From an uncultured Gammaproteobacteria bacterium (GTDB lineage Bacteria; Pseudomonadota; Gammaproteobacteria; UBA6429; Thiohalophilaceae): DNA of 64,000 nucleotides. The number at the start of each line of letters is the position of its first letter. Positions within the stretch are counted from its first letter, which is position 1. Made by a program: the position numbers and the translations under genes. This document shows, one piece after another, positions 49,880 to 59,478 of this stretch. The stretch lies in NCBI GenBank assembly GCA_942490945.1, contig CALNYZ010000044.1, positions 2,172 to 66,171 on the forward strand, read 5' to 3'. The notes beneath the pieces are model-generated. The model was not told where the DNA came from. It searched no databases and saw only the letters and a program-made list of their open reading frames with translations.

Positions 49880-50773
49880 TTATGCGACGGTATTTTCCAG
49901 TGTACCAATTGGCTCCACTGTAATCCTGACGACATCACCCTTTTGTAAATACCGTGGTGGTTTAAAACCCATGCCAACACCCGCGGGGGTGCCAGTGGCA
50001 ATAATATCACCCGGCTCGAGTGTGATGGTACGGGAAAGAGTTTCTATCAGGCTGGGAATATCAAAAATAAGACTTGCAAGAATGTCATCCTGCCGAAGAT
50101 CCTCGCCTACCCACGTTTGTACATGTAATTGCTTCACATCATCTATCTCATCTGCAGTAATAATAGCCGGGCCCATCGGGCAAAAACCGTCAATACTTTT
50201 TCCCAGAAACCATTGCTGGTGATCACGTTGCAAACGACGTGAGGTTACATCATTCAAGATAGAGTACCCATAAACATGTTGCATGGCGTCATCAGACTCG
50301 ATACCACGCCCACCCTTGCCAATAATGACAGCCAGTTCACCTTCATAATCAACAGATGCGGTTGGATCCAGCGATGCAGGAATCGGCTCGCCTGTTCCAA
50401 TAACAGATGAGGTTACTTTGGTAAAGAAAATGGGTTGTTCGGGTAGTTCCTGCTGGTCGTTATTGGCAAATATCGGGCTCGCTCCCTGTAACTCTTTCAC
50501 GTGGGCACGATAATTTTTACCGATGCAAAAAATATTTCGCGCGGGTCTGGGAATGGGTGCAAGCAGTTCGACTTTATTTAATGACAAGCGACCCTTGCCA
50601 GAGGAAAAAGCAGCCTGTGCTTTCAATAAAGCATCTGTTCCTTGAGTAATAAACCCCAACATATCACCGGGCAGATCCTTTACCACCGCATTCAAATCAA
50701 TAACTTCATAACGAGTACGATCCAGTATTCCGATACGGACATGATTTGCTTCGCGAAATGTAATCAGATGCAT
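49880..50773 (-). CDS. Fumarylacetoacetate hydrolase (FAH) family protein
   Basis: CIGKNYRAHVKE, YEGELAVIIGK, GDIIATGTPAGVG. Confidence 0.85.
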   Translation of the reverse strand: MHLITFREANHVRIGILDRTRYEVIDLNAVVKDLPGDMLGFITQGTDALLKAQAAFSSGKGRLSLNKVELLAPIPRPARNIFCIGKNYRAHVKELQGASPIFANNDQQELPEQPIFFTKVTSSVIGTGEPIPASLDPTASVDYEGELAVIIGKGGRGIESDDAMQHVYGYSILNDVTSRRLQRDHQQWFLGKSIDGFCPMGPAIITADEIDDVKQLHVQTWVGEDLRQDDILASLIFDIPSLIETLSRTITLEPGDIIATGTPAGVGMGFKPPRYLQKGDVVRITVEPIGTLENTVA

Positions 50774-50944
50774 AAAGTTTTTCTATCCAGACAGATATCA
50801 ATATATGTACGGATATTATAACCCGATAGACAACAGCTTATTAATTGAAATTACGTCATTACCACGGATTTTAATCGAAAAGTTAAACTTCATTACGATA
50901 AAGACGTCATTTGCAACAGATGGCTTCTATAGCGTTTGCCAGAT

Positions 50945-51820
50945 TTAGTATTTTCCACCCTTGATAAACCTGGTTATACCCGCCACAACTTCATCCAGCT
51001 GATCGACAAAACCATGTGGTGCCCTGCCCCTGCAAGCTTTTACGCTGACACCACCAGACAAACCAGGGCCACCCGTGGCTGTCACGACCTGTTCACGTGT
51101 GCCTTTAGTCCGCTCAATAATCGAATCCATGAGTCCGGGCGGTGTTCGTGCACATAAATCTTCAGCGTGACCCACAACCAGCACAGGAATTTTGATAGCT
51201 TCAAGTGGTAAATCAAACACAGTTTGTGCGACCCATTCTTTCATGCCGCCACTAAATCCCGAAGTAACTGCCGAAGTTAATACAAGACCATCTATTGCAC
51301 TTGTGCCTGTCTGGTTTAGTGCAGCAGCATTGACAGCCGATATGGTGCCGCGACTTGTACCAATTAACCAGATTTTGCCTTTGCTGCGGGAACGGACATC
51401 GGTAATTACCCTGCCCAGGTCTGCGGCGTGTACAGGATCAATGCGAAAACCGGCCAGTCCAGCTTTACCTGTGTAATCAGATGGTGCATCAACCAGTGCG
51501 GTAGTAAAACCCGCCTGATGAAACAGAGGCAGCGATCTGATCAGTGAATTACCTTTTAATGCTTGCGGGCAACCCTCATCATCCAGATCGATATGCCCGC
51601 CTCCACCGGCAAGTAATACCAGGGTAATGTGATCTTTCCCTGACTTAGAAACCTTTGATCTGGCAAGTACATAACGCGTCGTCGTGTCATCGTGAGTAAC
51701 GACTTTTACAACCTTGCCACAATCCGAGGCAATCGCTTTTTGTGGTATAACCAATACTGCGAGTGAAACCAGTAAGCCGAATAAAATTGTACCCGGCATG
51801 ATATGTTTGCTTGCTTTCAT
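50945..51820 (-). CDS. Secreted alpha/beta-hydrolase-fold protein
   Basis: Signal peptide and nucleophile elbow LIGTSRGT. His near the C-terminus (GHAED). Confidence 0.6.
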   Translation of the reverse strand: MKASKHIMPGTILFGLLVSLAVLVIPQKAIASDCGKVVKVVTHDDTTTRYVLARSKVSKSGKDHITLVLLAGGGGHIDLDDEGCPQALKGNSLIRSLPLFHQAGFTTALVDAPSDYTGKAGLAGFRIDPVHAADLGRVITDVRSRSKGKIWLIGTSRGTISAVNAAALNQTGTSAIDGLVLTSAVTSGFSGGMKEWVAQTVFDLPLEAIKIPVLVVGHAEDLCARTPPGLMDSIIERTKGTREQVVTATGGPGLSGGVSVKACRGRAPHGFVDQLDEVVAGITRFIKGGKY

Positions 51821-52024
51821 TAATTAACTCCCGCGTTGATTGATGACAGGTTACACAACCCGTTGCTGACCAGCTCTATTACTGTAGTTTACATTCTGTG
51901 TACAGAACAGGCCAAATATTGCACCAGTGTAGCCAACATTGGTTCCTGTCAGGGAGGGTGTAATTTTTACCGGACAATATGGAGTGGTGAATTTATCTGA
52001 TACGATTTTTTTCTGTAGCCACGA

Positions 52025-53551
52025 TCAGTCTGCCGGAACCGTACGACCTTTGGCCCACTGTTGCAGTTCAGAAATTTTCTCTGCCATAACAACAGACAAC
52101 GGCTGGGTATTTTTTATTTCTTCCATAACGTGCCGGCTATCCAGCGCGATATTATTAGTATTGGTTGCATACATGGCAGCAACGATGGCCTGTTCGATTT
52201 CCGCACCTGAAAATCCATCACTACTCCCGGCAAGTTTTTCAATATCAAACCTGGATATGTCATTACCACGTTTGCTCAAATGTATTTTGAAGATTTGCGA
52301 ACGTGCAGCATTATCTGGTAAATCAACAAAAAATATTTCATCCATTCTACCTTTACGAATCAGCTCGGGTGGTAATGATGAAATATCATTTGCCGTGGCA
52401 ACAATAAATACAGGTTTTTTGTTTTCTGCCATCCAGGTTAGTAGCGAAGCCAGCACCCGACGTGAAGTGCCACTGTCATAGTCTCCGGTTGCAATACCTT
52501 TTTCAATTTCATCCATCCATAAAATACACGGCGCCATGACCTCCGCTGCTCGTAATGAATCACGAATGTTTTTTTCTGTTTCACCAAAAAATTTATTATA
52601 CAAGGCACCAAAATCCAGGCGTAACAACGGAACGCCCCATGCACCGGCTACCGCTTTGGCAGCAAGGCTCTTGCCGCTACCCTGCACTCCCAATAACATG
52701 ATACCTTTTGGCATATCCAGTTGAATATCCTGTTGCTGTAAAAACGCACTCTTGCGATTATTAACCCACATGATCAGGTTTTTAAAACCGCCAACTTCAG
52801 AGAATTGTGTGGTTTCATACTCAAAAGACAATACACCGTTCTGTCCAAGCAGTTCATATTTTGCTTTCATTACTGCCGGCAGATCATTTTCGGTAATTGC
52901 CCCGTCGTGATAGATAGCATTACGAATAATTCGTTTCGCATCACTGATTGTCAAACCTTGCAGATTACGAACCATTATTTTCATGGCTTTTTTATCGGCC
53001 TTTATTCTCTTGTCCTTGTTTTTAAGCGCCCATACTTTTGCTTCTTCAATAATAAGCTTTTCAATTAACTCTGCATCCGGTAGCGATAGTGAAAAACTGG
53101 CAGAGAGCTTGCCAAGTTCGGCGGGAATATCAATCTCGTGACTCAAAAATACAATGGTATTTTTTGTAACCGGATAATCAAGTGCAATTTCTTTCAATAA
53201 TCTCACAACTATCGGTTCATCCATATAGGGATGAAAATCCAGTAATACGATAACCGCATACTTCAGGCTGTTTTTTATCTGCTGCAGTGCGGCTTTCGGT
53301 TCCGTCGAGGGATATTCAACATGATTTGACTGGAAAGAATCCTGTAGTGACAACACAGGTTTGACAGATTCGCCGAGTGATTTCAAACCCTGAGTAACGG
53401 ACCATGCCCATATTGACCTGTCGGTTCGGGTAACAACTTTTTCAAGCAGATTTAATGCGCGTTTTTCTTCGTGCGTCTGAATCGTGGTAATTGGAAAATG
53501 TGACATTAACAACAATTCCAGATCACTCTCATCACTCATCGTTTTTTCCAT
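52025..53551 (-). CDS. Ycf46-like AAA+ ATPase
   Basis: N-terminal domain LELLLMSHFPITTIQTHEEKRALNLL...IWAWSVTQG resembles cyanobacterial/plastid Ycf46. Classic-clade AAA module: Walker A GVQGSGKS, Walker B ILWMDEIEK, second region of homology ATANDISSLPPELIRKGRMDE. Confidence 0.75.
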   Translation of the reverse strand: MEKTMSDESDLELLLMSHFPITTIQTHEEKRALNLLEKVVTRTDRSIWAWSVTQGLKSLGESVKPVLSLQDSFQSNHVEYPSTEPKAALQQIKNSLKYAVIVLLDFHPYMDEPIVVRLLKEIALDYPVTKNTIVFLSHEIDIPAELGKLSASFSLSLPDAELIEKLIIEEAKVWALKNKDKRIKADKKAMKIMVRNLQGLTISDAKRIIRNAIYHDGAITENDLPAVMKAKYELLGQNGVLSFEYETTQFSEVGGFKNLIMWVNNRKSAFLQQQDIQLDMPKGIMLLGVQGSGKSLAAKAVAGAWGVPLLRLDFGALYNKFFGETEKNIRDSLRAAEVMAPCILWMDEIEKGIATGDYDSGTSRRVLASLLTWMAENKKPVFIVATANDISSLPPELIRKGRMDEIFFVDLPDNAARSQIFKIHLSKRGNDISRFDIEKLAGSSDGFSGAEIEQAIVAAMYATNTNNIALDSRHVMEEIKNTQPLSVVMAEKISELQQWAKGRTVPAD

Positions 53552-53675
53552 TAATTTTGTTTTATAATTATTGTCGTTAATAATAAGCGACGCACATCGA
53601 TAAATCTATACTCTATTATTAAATGATAACGCATTCTGACTACCGTATGCCAAAATAGAATATCCAGTCACTTCA

Positions 53676-54794
53676 TTAATCTGTCTGCTTTTCATGATTT
53701 GAAATCACCAGTAGTGCACGTAATTTTTTTTGGCCGAATCGCGCCATATCCCTGAAAATTTTCTTTCTAATCGGTATCTGAATAAAATCAGTCTGCGAAT
53801 AATATGGATCATTATCCAGATCCGGATCATTTATATAAACAAATTCCTCATCTGACGCTGCGACATAAACCCAATGTGGTGCCTTGTTACGATTCAGGTG
53901 CCAGGTACTAATCAATGCCAGAACCGGATTTCCACTGTCCAGAATCGCATCCAGTTCTGAGGCAGAAAGGTTATGTGTGTGAACCGTTACATCGGTTTTT
54001 GCTATTTGTTCCAGGAAATCCTGATGCACCAGTTGAATCACTGCTTTCTTTTTTTCATCCCGTACACTGTCCAGAAAAGGTGCGCCATCAAGGTTAATAT
54101 GTAGCGTTGCATTTAGTCCACGATGCCAGGCACTTAATGCCAGACCGTGAGGAGAACAACCGCCATGTCCTGATGTCATGAAAATTGTTGTTGCTTCACG
54201 CCAGATTTGTAATTCCTCGTGTACCGTCATCAGATAATCCGGTTGCAAGGTTTTTATGGCCATCATCAGTGCGGCTGGCCCACAGGTAAAATCGGTTGTC
54301 TGCTCATAAAACGGTTTTGGTTTGCTGGTATCAGTTGCCAATGCATGCAGACGTTTTTCCATTCGAAATGCATCGCTACCGTCTTCATAATATTCATCGA
54401 GACGCTCTATTACATGATAGTCGTGTTTTTCATACAACTGTCGTGCGACCGTATTGGCGACATTCACTTCCAGCCGTATAAACACGCAATATTTTTCTGC
54501 CGCAGACACCTCTGCTGCTTTAATTAACCGGTGCGCATAACCTTTACCCTGTAATTCAGGTGCTACCGCAATTGAGTACATACGAGCCAGGTTTGTCCCG
54601 GAACGAAACAGTGTCAGCACATAACCAACAAGATTATTATCTTCCTGCAGGACAATCAGATCATGTGAGCCGGGTTTTAAAAAATGCCTGAAGCTTCGCT
54701 TTGATAATCTATCTGTATCAAAACAACGCTTTTCGATGGCGAACAATACTTCCAGATCACCTGGCTCACCTTTACGTAACAGCACTTCATTCAT
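53676..54794 (-). CDS. Fusion of a GNAT N-acetyltransferase and a papain-like (C39-like) cysteine peptidase domain
   Basis: GNAT acetyl-CoA loop IAVAPELQGKGYAHRLI. C-terminal half carries FTCGPAALMMA (Cys), KAPHWVYV (His) and INDPD (Asp). Confidence 0.75.
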   Translation of the reverse strand: MNEVLLRKGEPGDLEVLFAIEKRCFDTDRLSKRSFRHFLKPGSHDLIVLQEDNNLVGYVLTLFRSGTNLARMYSIAVAPELQGKGYAHRLIKAAEVSAAEKYCVFIRLEVNVANTVARQLYEKHDYHVIERLDEYYEDGSDAFRMEKRLHALATDTSKPKPFYEQTTDFTCGPAALMMAIKTLQPDYLMTVHEELQIWREATTIFMTSGHGGCSPHGLALSAWHRGLNATLHINLDGAPFLDSVRDEKKKAVIQLVHQDFLEQIAKTDVTVHTHNLSASELDAILDSGNPVLALISTWHLNRNKAPHWVYVAASDEEFVYINDPDLDNDPYYSQTDFIQIPIRKKIFRDMARFGQKKLRALLVISNHEKQTD

Positions 54795-55897
54795 TTCTGC
54801 ATTCCTGTAAGCGCCATGTTAATGACCTGTCTTGCCCTGAATATTATTTGTTGCTGCCAGCTGATTTCACAAGGATAGAAAAACGACTTAAGTGCTGAAA
54901 CAGATTGATGGTTCAAATCACGATGTTGTACAGATTTTAATTGATTCTGATATAACTGTTCCTGCAGCAATGCTGTGACAAGTTGTTGTGCACTGTACGT
55001 ACCAAACTCAAGCGTCACAAAACAGCCCCTGGCTTTGATTACCTCGTGCCAGTGATAGTCCAACAGTCCCAGTTTAGGCGTTGAAACCGAGCTTCCTTCA
55101 AATGCTGATTGTGCATTCTGTCCATATATTCGCTCCGCCCACTCAAAACCTGCGCTGCCAGGCTGGTGATCATTAATCACTTCACCATATCCATAGGGTC
55201 CCAGTCCGGTATGTAAATCGATTACCGTGATGGTTTCTGCCTCGATAATAAATTTCATGGCGGTTATTTCTTCAAGTACCTGCCGTGACCAGCTGGGTTC
55301 CGTTCCGCCATAAAACATGCCGCAATTATCGACATACTGTCCACGGGTTAACTGCTCCAGAAATTCGGCAAACGTCATTTCTGACCACAACTCACTGACA
55401 CCCTGCCTTTCACTCCACTTCTGATTAGTAAGTCTGGAACGTAACGTCTCGTATAGATTGTTTACCGGCGGTGTTTTGTTAAAGTCTATAAAATTTCGAT
55501 TCAAGTCAATGCCCTGATGATCGGCACGACGCAGCCACGCAAAGCCCCATGGATTAAAGGCGTGAATCAGCAATACACCCAAATGCGGATTTGCATCAAG
55601 TACCGCACCGAGGTGTTGCAAACAATCAACTTGCACCGCCGAGCCCGCAAATCCCTCAACACCATGGGTGCCCGATATCAACACCAGCAGGTTTTTTGGT
55701 TTGGTGCTGTTACCTAACAGGACCACGTCACAAGCAATTGCGTCGCCCTCGGGACCTGTTTGAAGATGCGAAAATTCCTTATTAAAAATTACCAGGTGAT
55801 GCGGAATATTCTTCACCGCATGCTGAAATGCCAGACGACAGGATACATAACTGTCGTTAAAACAGTCGGTGTCAAAGCTGGCATAAAGATTTAGCAT
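54791..55897 (-). CDS. DUF2817 / M14-like zinc metallopeptidase
   Basis: ISGTHGVEGFAGS (HxxE zinc motif) and a later HTGLGPYG. Its stop overlaps the GNAT-fusion start (ATGA). Confidence 0.7.
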   Translation of the reverse strand: MLNLYASFDTDCFNDSYVSCRLAFQHAVKNIPHHLVIFNKEFSHLQTGPEGDAIACDVVLLGNSTKPKNLLVLISGTHGVEGFAGSAVQVDCLQHLGAVLDANPHLGVLLIHAFNPWGFAWLRRADHQGIDLNRNFIDFNKTPPVNNLYETLRSRLTNQKWSERQGVSELWSEMTFAEFLEQLTRGQYVDNCGMFYGGTEPSWSRQVLEEITAMKFIIEAETITVIDLHTGLGPYGYGEVINDHQPGSAGFEWAERIYGQNAQSAFEGSSVSTPKLGLLDYHWHEVIKARGCFVTLEFGTYSAQQLVTALLQEQLYQNQLKSVQHRDLNHQSVSALKSFFYPCEISWQQQIIFRARQVINMALTGMQK

Positions 55898-56032
55898 GGA
55901 AAAATAATCCGAACAGAAAGTTGCATGATAGCCTGTATAATTCTTTTGTAACAGGCACTATAGCATATTGCGTTCGACTCGCCGGTAATGTACAAAGTGT
56001 TATCAAGCCCTTACCCGCCAGGAACACTATAC

Positions 56033-57499
56033 ATGAGTAACTACTTTGTAGTGGTTGAAAGTCTGAAAGACTGGCAACCCTACTATCCAAGTCAGGATGT
56101 CATTGCCTTTGACAATTATGTGGAAAACATCCATGAAGCAGAAAAAAAACGTGTTCGTATCATTAACTTATGTCGTGACTACCGTTACCTGACCACAGGC
56201 TATTACTGTTCACTGCTTGCCGAGGCGCGTGGTCACCACGTTTTTCCGTCTGTAGCGACCATAACCGATCTTGGACGTAAATCCTTGTCCGCACTGGCAA
56301 TGGATGAAGCACATAAATTCACCGATGACATACCTCCCGGCAATAATGGCGAGACAGTAATATTTCGTTGCTGGTTTGGCCATGCACTGGATGAACAGTT
56401 CTCGAAATTGTCACAAGTGTTATTTGAAAAATTTCCCTGCCCGCTTCTGGAAGTGACTCTGATTTTCAAACAACACTGGCAGGTAAAACAGGTGAAACCT
56501 GTTTCATTGCGTGCATTGACGGACGAAGCAGAACAGGAAGCGTTTGCCGACACCTTCGAGAACTTCAGCAACAAATTATGGCGCAAGCCAAAAACACAAA
56601 AAAGCTATCGTTATGATCTGGCCATACTGGTTAACCCGGACGAGGCCATGCCACCAAGCGATAATCGTGCCCTGAAACTTTTTGAAAAAGCAGCGAACCA
56701 GCTTGGCATCGCCACCGAACTGATTACGCGCAAGGATTACATGCGTCTGCCAGAATACGACGGCCTGTTTATACGCGAAACCACTGCGGTGAATGATCAC
56801 ACCTATAAATTTGCCAAGAAGGCAGAAGCCGAGGACATGGTTGTACTGGATGACCCGACATCAATTTTGCGCTGCACCAATAAAATCTATCTGGCGGATT
56901 TGTTAAACACACATAAAATTCCTACACCCAAAACCATTATTCTCAGACAACCCACCCAGGATCGGTTACGAAAACTGGAACTTGAAATAAACTACCCGAT
57001 GGTACTTAAAATTCCCGATGGTTCGTTTTCTCGCGGCGTGGTCAAGGTCGAAAATTTTGCAGAGCTCGAAACCCAGGCAAAAAGCCTGTTACAGGAATCC
57101 ACCCTGTTGCTGGTGCAGGAATATTTATATACCGAATATGACTGGCGTGTGGGTGTACTCAATAACAAACCCTTGTTCGCCTGCCGATACTATATGGTAC
57201 GAAATCACTGGCAAATTTATAAACACAATACCAGCAAGGTGCAGTCCGGCGGTTTCGACACCCTGCCCACGTTCGAAACACCCAAGCCAGTGCTGGATAT
57301 CGCCATGAAAGCAACACGCCTGATTGGTAACGGCTTTTATGGCGTCGATATCAAACAATCCGGTGATCGGGTGGTTGTCATCGAAGTGAACGACAATCCC
57401 AGCATTGATTCCGGCGTAGAAGACAAATACCTCGGGCCACAATTATATACAGAAATAATGAGTGAATTTTTACGCCGAATGGAAGCAAGAGGACGGTAA
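56033..57499 (+). CDS. RimK-type ATP-grasp ligase with an extra ~200-aa N-terminal domain
   Basis: ATP-grasp motifs MVLKIPDGSFSRGV, LLVQEYLYTEYDWRVGVL and GVDIKQSGDRVVVIEVNDNPSIDSG. Start chosen at MSNYFVVVESLKDW (AGGAA upstream). The track ORF starts at 55988. Confidence 0.8.
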   Translation: MSNYFVVVESLKDWQPYYPSQDVIAFDNYVENIHEAEKKRVRIINLCRDYRYLTTGYYCSLLAEARGHHVFPSVATITDLGRKSLSALAMDEAHKFTDDIPPGNNGETVIFRCWFGHALDEQFSKLSQVLFEKFPCPLLEVTLIFKQHWQVKQVKPVSLRALTDEAEQEAFADTFENFSNKLWRKPKTQKSYRYDLAILVNPDEAMPPSDNRALKLFEKAANQLGIATELITRKDYMRLPEYDGLFIRETTAVNDHTYKFAKKAEAEDMVVLDDPTSILRCTNKIYLADLLNTHKIPTPKTIILRQPTQDRLRKLELEINYPMVLKIPDGSFSRGVVKVENFAELETQAKSLLQESTLLLVQEYLYTEYDWRVGVLNNKPLFACRYYMVRNHWQIYKHNTSKVQSGGFDTLPTFETPKPVLDIAMKATRLIGNGFYGVDIKQSGDRVVVIEVNDNPSIDSGVEDKYLGPQLYTEIMSEFLRRMEARGR

Positions 57500-57511
57500 T
57501 TGTATTCTTGA

Positions 57512-58546
57512 TTACTGAATCTGCAATGCCTTGCGCAAGGATCCAAAACGTTTTCGATATTGTGCGGGTGTCAGGTTGACCTTACGCCGGAACAAACGAC
57601 TGAAAAAACCCGCATCTTCATAACCAACTTCGTTGGCAATCGCTTCGATCGATTCACTGGACACTTCCAGCATCTGTTTTGCTTCTTCAAGTCGCAGCGT
57701 ATGAACATATTCCAGTGGTGACAATCCGGTTGCTTGCTGAAATCGCCGTTTGAAGGATCGTTCTGCAAGACCACTCATTCGTGTCATGGCCGCAACCGGC
57801 GCGGTATCAGCATAATGTTCGGCAATCCACACCTGACAACGCGCAATCACGGCATCTTCAACCTGGCGAGTCCGTGCCAATCGTGCAAACGGTTGCTGGC
57901 CAATGTTATGCCAGTCGATTAAATTGATTCGTGCGACATGCATGGCGGTATCAATAGTGGTGGAACGTGCAATCAGGTACAGCCCCAGATCCAGCCAGGA
58001 TGTACCACCTCCCGCCATGACCAGACGATGACCTTCGCCGGAAATCACCAGTGCGCTTTGTTCACGAACTTTTATTTTCGGATACTGTTGTTTCAGTATG
58101 TCGCTGTACGCCCAGTGCGTTGTTGCTTCGTGTCCATCCAGCAGGCCTGCTTCGGCCATGAGCATGGCGCCGGAACAGGCCGTCGCGATAGTACAGCCCT
58201 GTGCATAACTGTTTCTTAGCCAATCCATTTCGGCAGAAAATTTTCCACGTAGGGGTTCCCCCGGTGGAATAGACAATTCCGGCACGCAAATAATGTCGGG
58301 CAGTGGCAAATCGAAGATGGTCGCCTGTGGTTGGAGGCTGACACCATTTGCAGTATTGAACGCCTGCGCCTGACTTGCGACCACAACAGGTTGAATCAAT
58401 CCGGGACCGGCTTCGCCTTCGGTTAAAAACCCCCAGTCGCGTCCAGCACACATGAATAAATCATACAGTCCATAAACCATGGAGGGGACGGTCTGCGGAA
58501 AGGCAAGAATGGCAATGGATACGGTTTTGTTATTTTGCATTGGCAT
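57512..58546 (-). CDS. GlxA-family transcriptional regulator (DJ-1/PfpI-like domain plus AraC HTH)
   Basis: N-terminal class-I-amidotransferase-like fold and a C-terminal AraC signature: SPLEYVHTLRLEEAKQML...IANEVGYEDAGFFSRLFRR. Confidence 0.85.
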   Translation of the reverse strand: MPMQNNKTVSIAILAFPQTVPSMVYGLYDLFMCAGRDWGFLTEGEAGPGLIQPVVVASQAQAFNTANGVSLQPQATIFDLPLPDIICVPELSIPPGEPLRGKFSAEMDWLRNSYAQGCTIATACSGAMLMAEAGLLDGHEATTHWAYSDILKQQYPKIKVREQSALVISGEGHRLVMAGGGTSWLDLGLYLIARSTTIDTAMHVARINLIDWHNIGQQPFARLARTRQVEDAVIARCQVWIAEHYADTAPVAAMTRMSGLAERSFKRRFQQATGLSPLEYVHTLRLEEAKQMLEVSSESIEAIANEVGYEDAGFFSRLFRRKVNLTPAQYRKRFGSLRKALQIQ

Positions 58547-58645
58547 GGCCGAATCGTCCGGTTTTTAGCCGATATGGCTTTAGTGTTAACGGCGTGTTGG
58601 GCGTACTGTTCTGCTCAGAAACATCTTAATTCAAGGAGAAAGACA

Positions 58646-59449
58646 ATGCCAACACCAATAGAACTTATCATGGACCCGATATCACTGATCGTACTTGCCA
58701 TTTATGCCGGTTTGATCGCGTGGGAAATGCTGTTTCCAGCCCGTGTACTACCACGCGTCAAAGGCTGGCAATTTCGCGGCCTGAGCGCGTTTGTAATATT
58801 TTTCTTTTTATCATCCTACTTGCCTCTGTTATGGAGTGCGCCACTGGCCGCAATCCAGTTGTTTGACCTGACGGCGCTCAGCACCTGGGGCGGTATCGCC
58901 ATTGGTTTGCTGCTGTATGAGTTGGGCGTGTATGTCTGGCACCGCAGTATGCATGCGTCAACTATTCTGTGGCGCGGTTTGCACCAGATGCATCACAGTG
59001 CCGAACGCCTGGATAGCTACAGTGCGTTCTGGTTCAGTCCGCTGGACATGGTTGGATGGATCGTTTTGCAAAGCATCTGTTTAACCGTGGTGGGTCTGAA
59101 CCCGGCAGCCATTACCGGTATCATTCTGATCACGACCTTTATGTCGATTTTCCAGCACAGTAATTTTCGTACTCCGCGCTGGTTGGGGTATGTCATTCAA
59201 CGTCCGGAGAGTCACTCGCATCATCATGAACGAGGTGTGCATGCGCGTAATTATTCCGACCTGCCCATATTCGATTTGCTGTTCGGCACATTCTATAACC
59301 CGCGTGAGTTTGCGCCTGCGACGGGTTTTTATGATGGTGCATCTGCCCAAATAGTGAAAATGTTGAGCTTCACTGATCTGACATCTATGGCGAAAACGGA
59401 AGCTGAGTCGGTTCATACACGTGAAAACAATCTGGCCAAGGCGCAATAA
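58646..59449 (+). CDS. Fatty-acid hydroxylase / sterol desaturase superfamily membrane di-iron enzyme
   Basis: Start chosen at MPTPIELIM, preceded by AAGGAGA. Histidine boxes HRSMH, HQMHH and HSHHH. Confidence 0.8.
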   Translation: MPTPIELIMDPISLIVLAIYAGLIAWEMLFPARVLPRVKGWQFRGLSAFVIFFFLSSYLPLLWSAPLAAIQLFDLTALSTWGGIAIGLLLYELGVYVWHRSMHASTILWRGLHQMHHSAERLDSYSAFWFSPLDMVGWIVLQSICLTVVGLNPAAITGIILITTFMSIFQHSNFRTPRWLGYVIQRPESHSHHHERGVHARNYSDLPIFDLLFGTFYNPREFAPATGFYDGASAQIVKMLSFTDLTSMAKTEAESVHTRENNLAKAQ

Positions 59450-59478
59450 GCATTAACAAAATAATTTTAAAGGAGACT

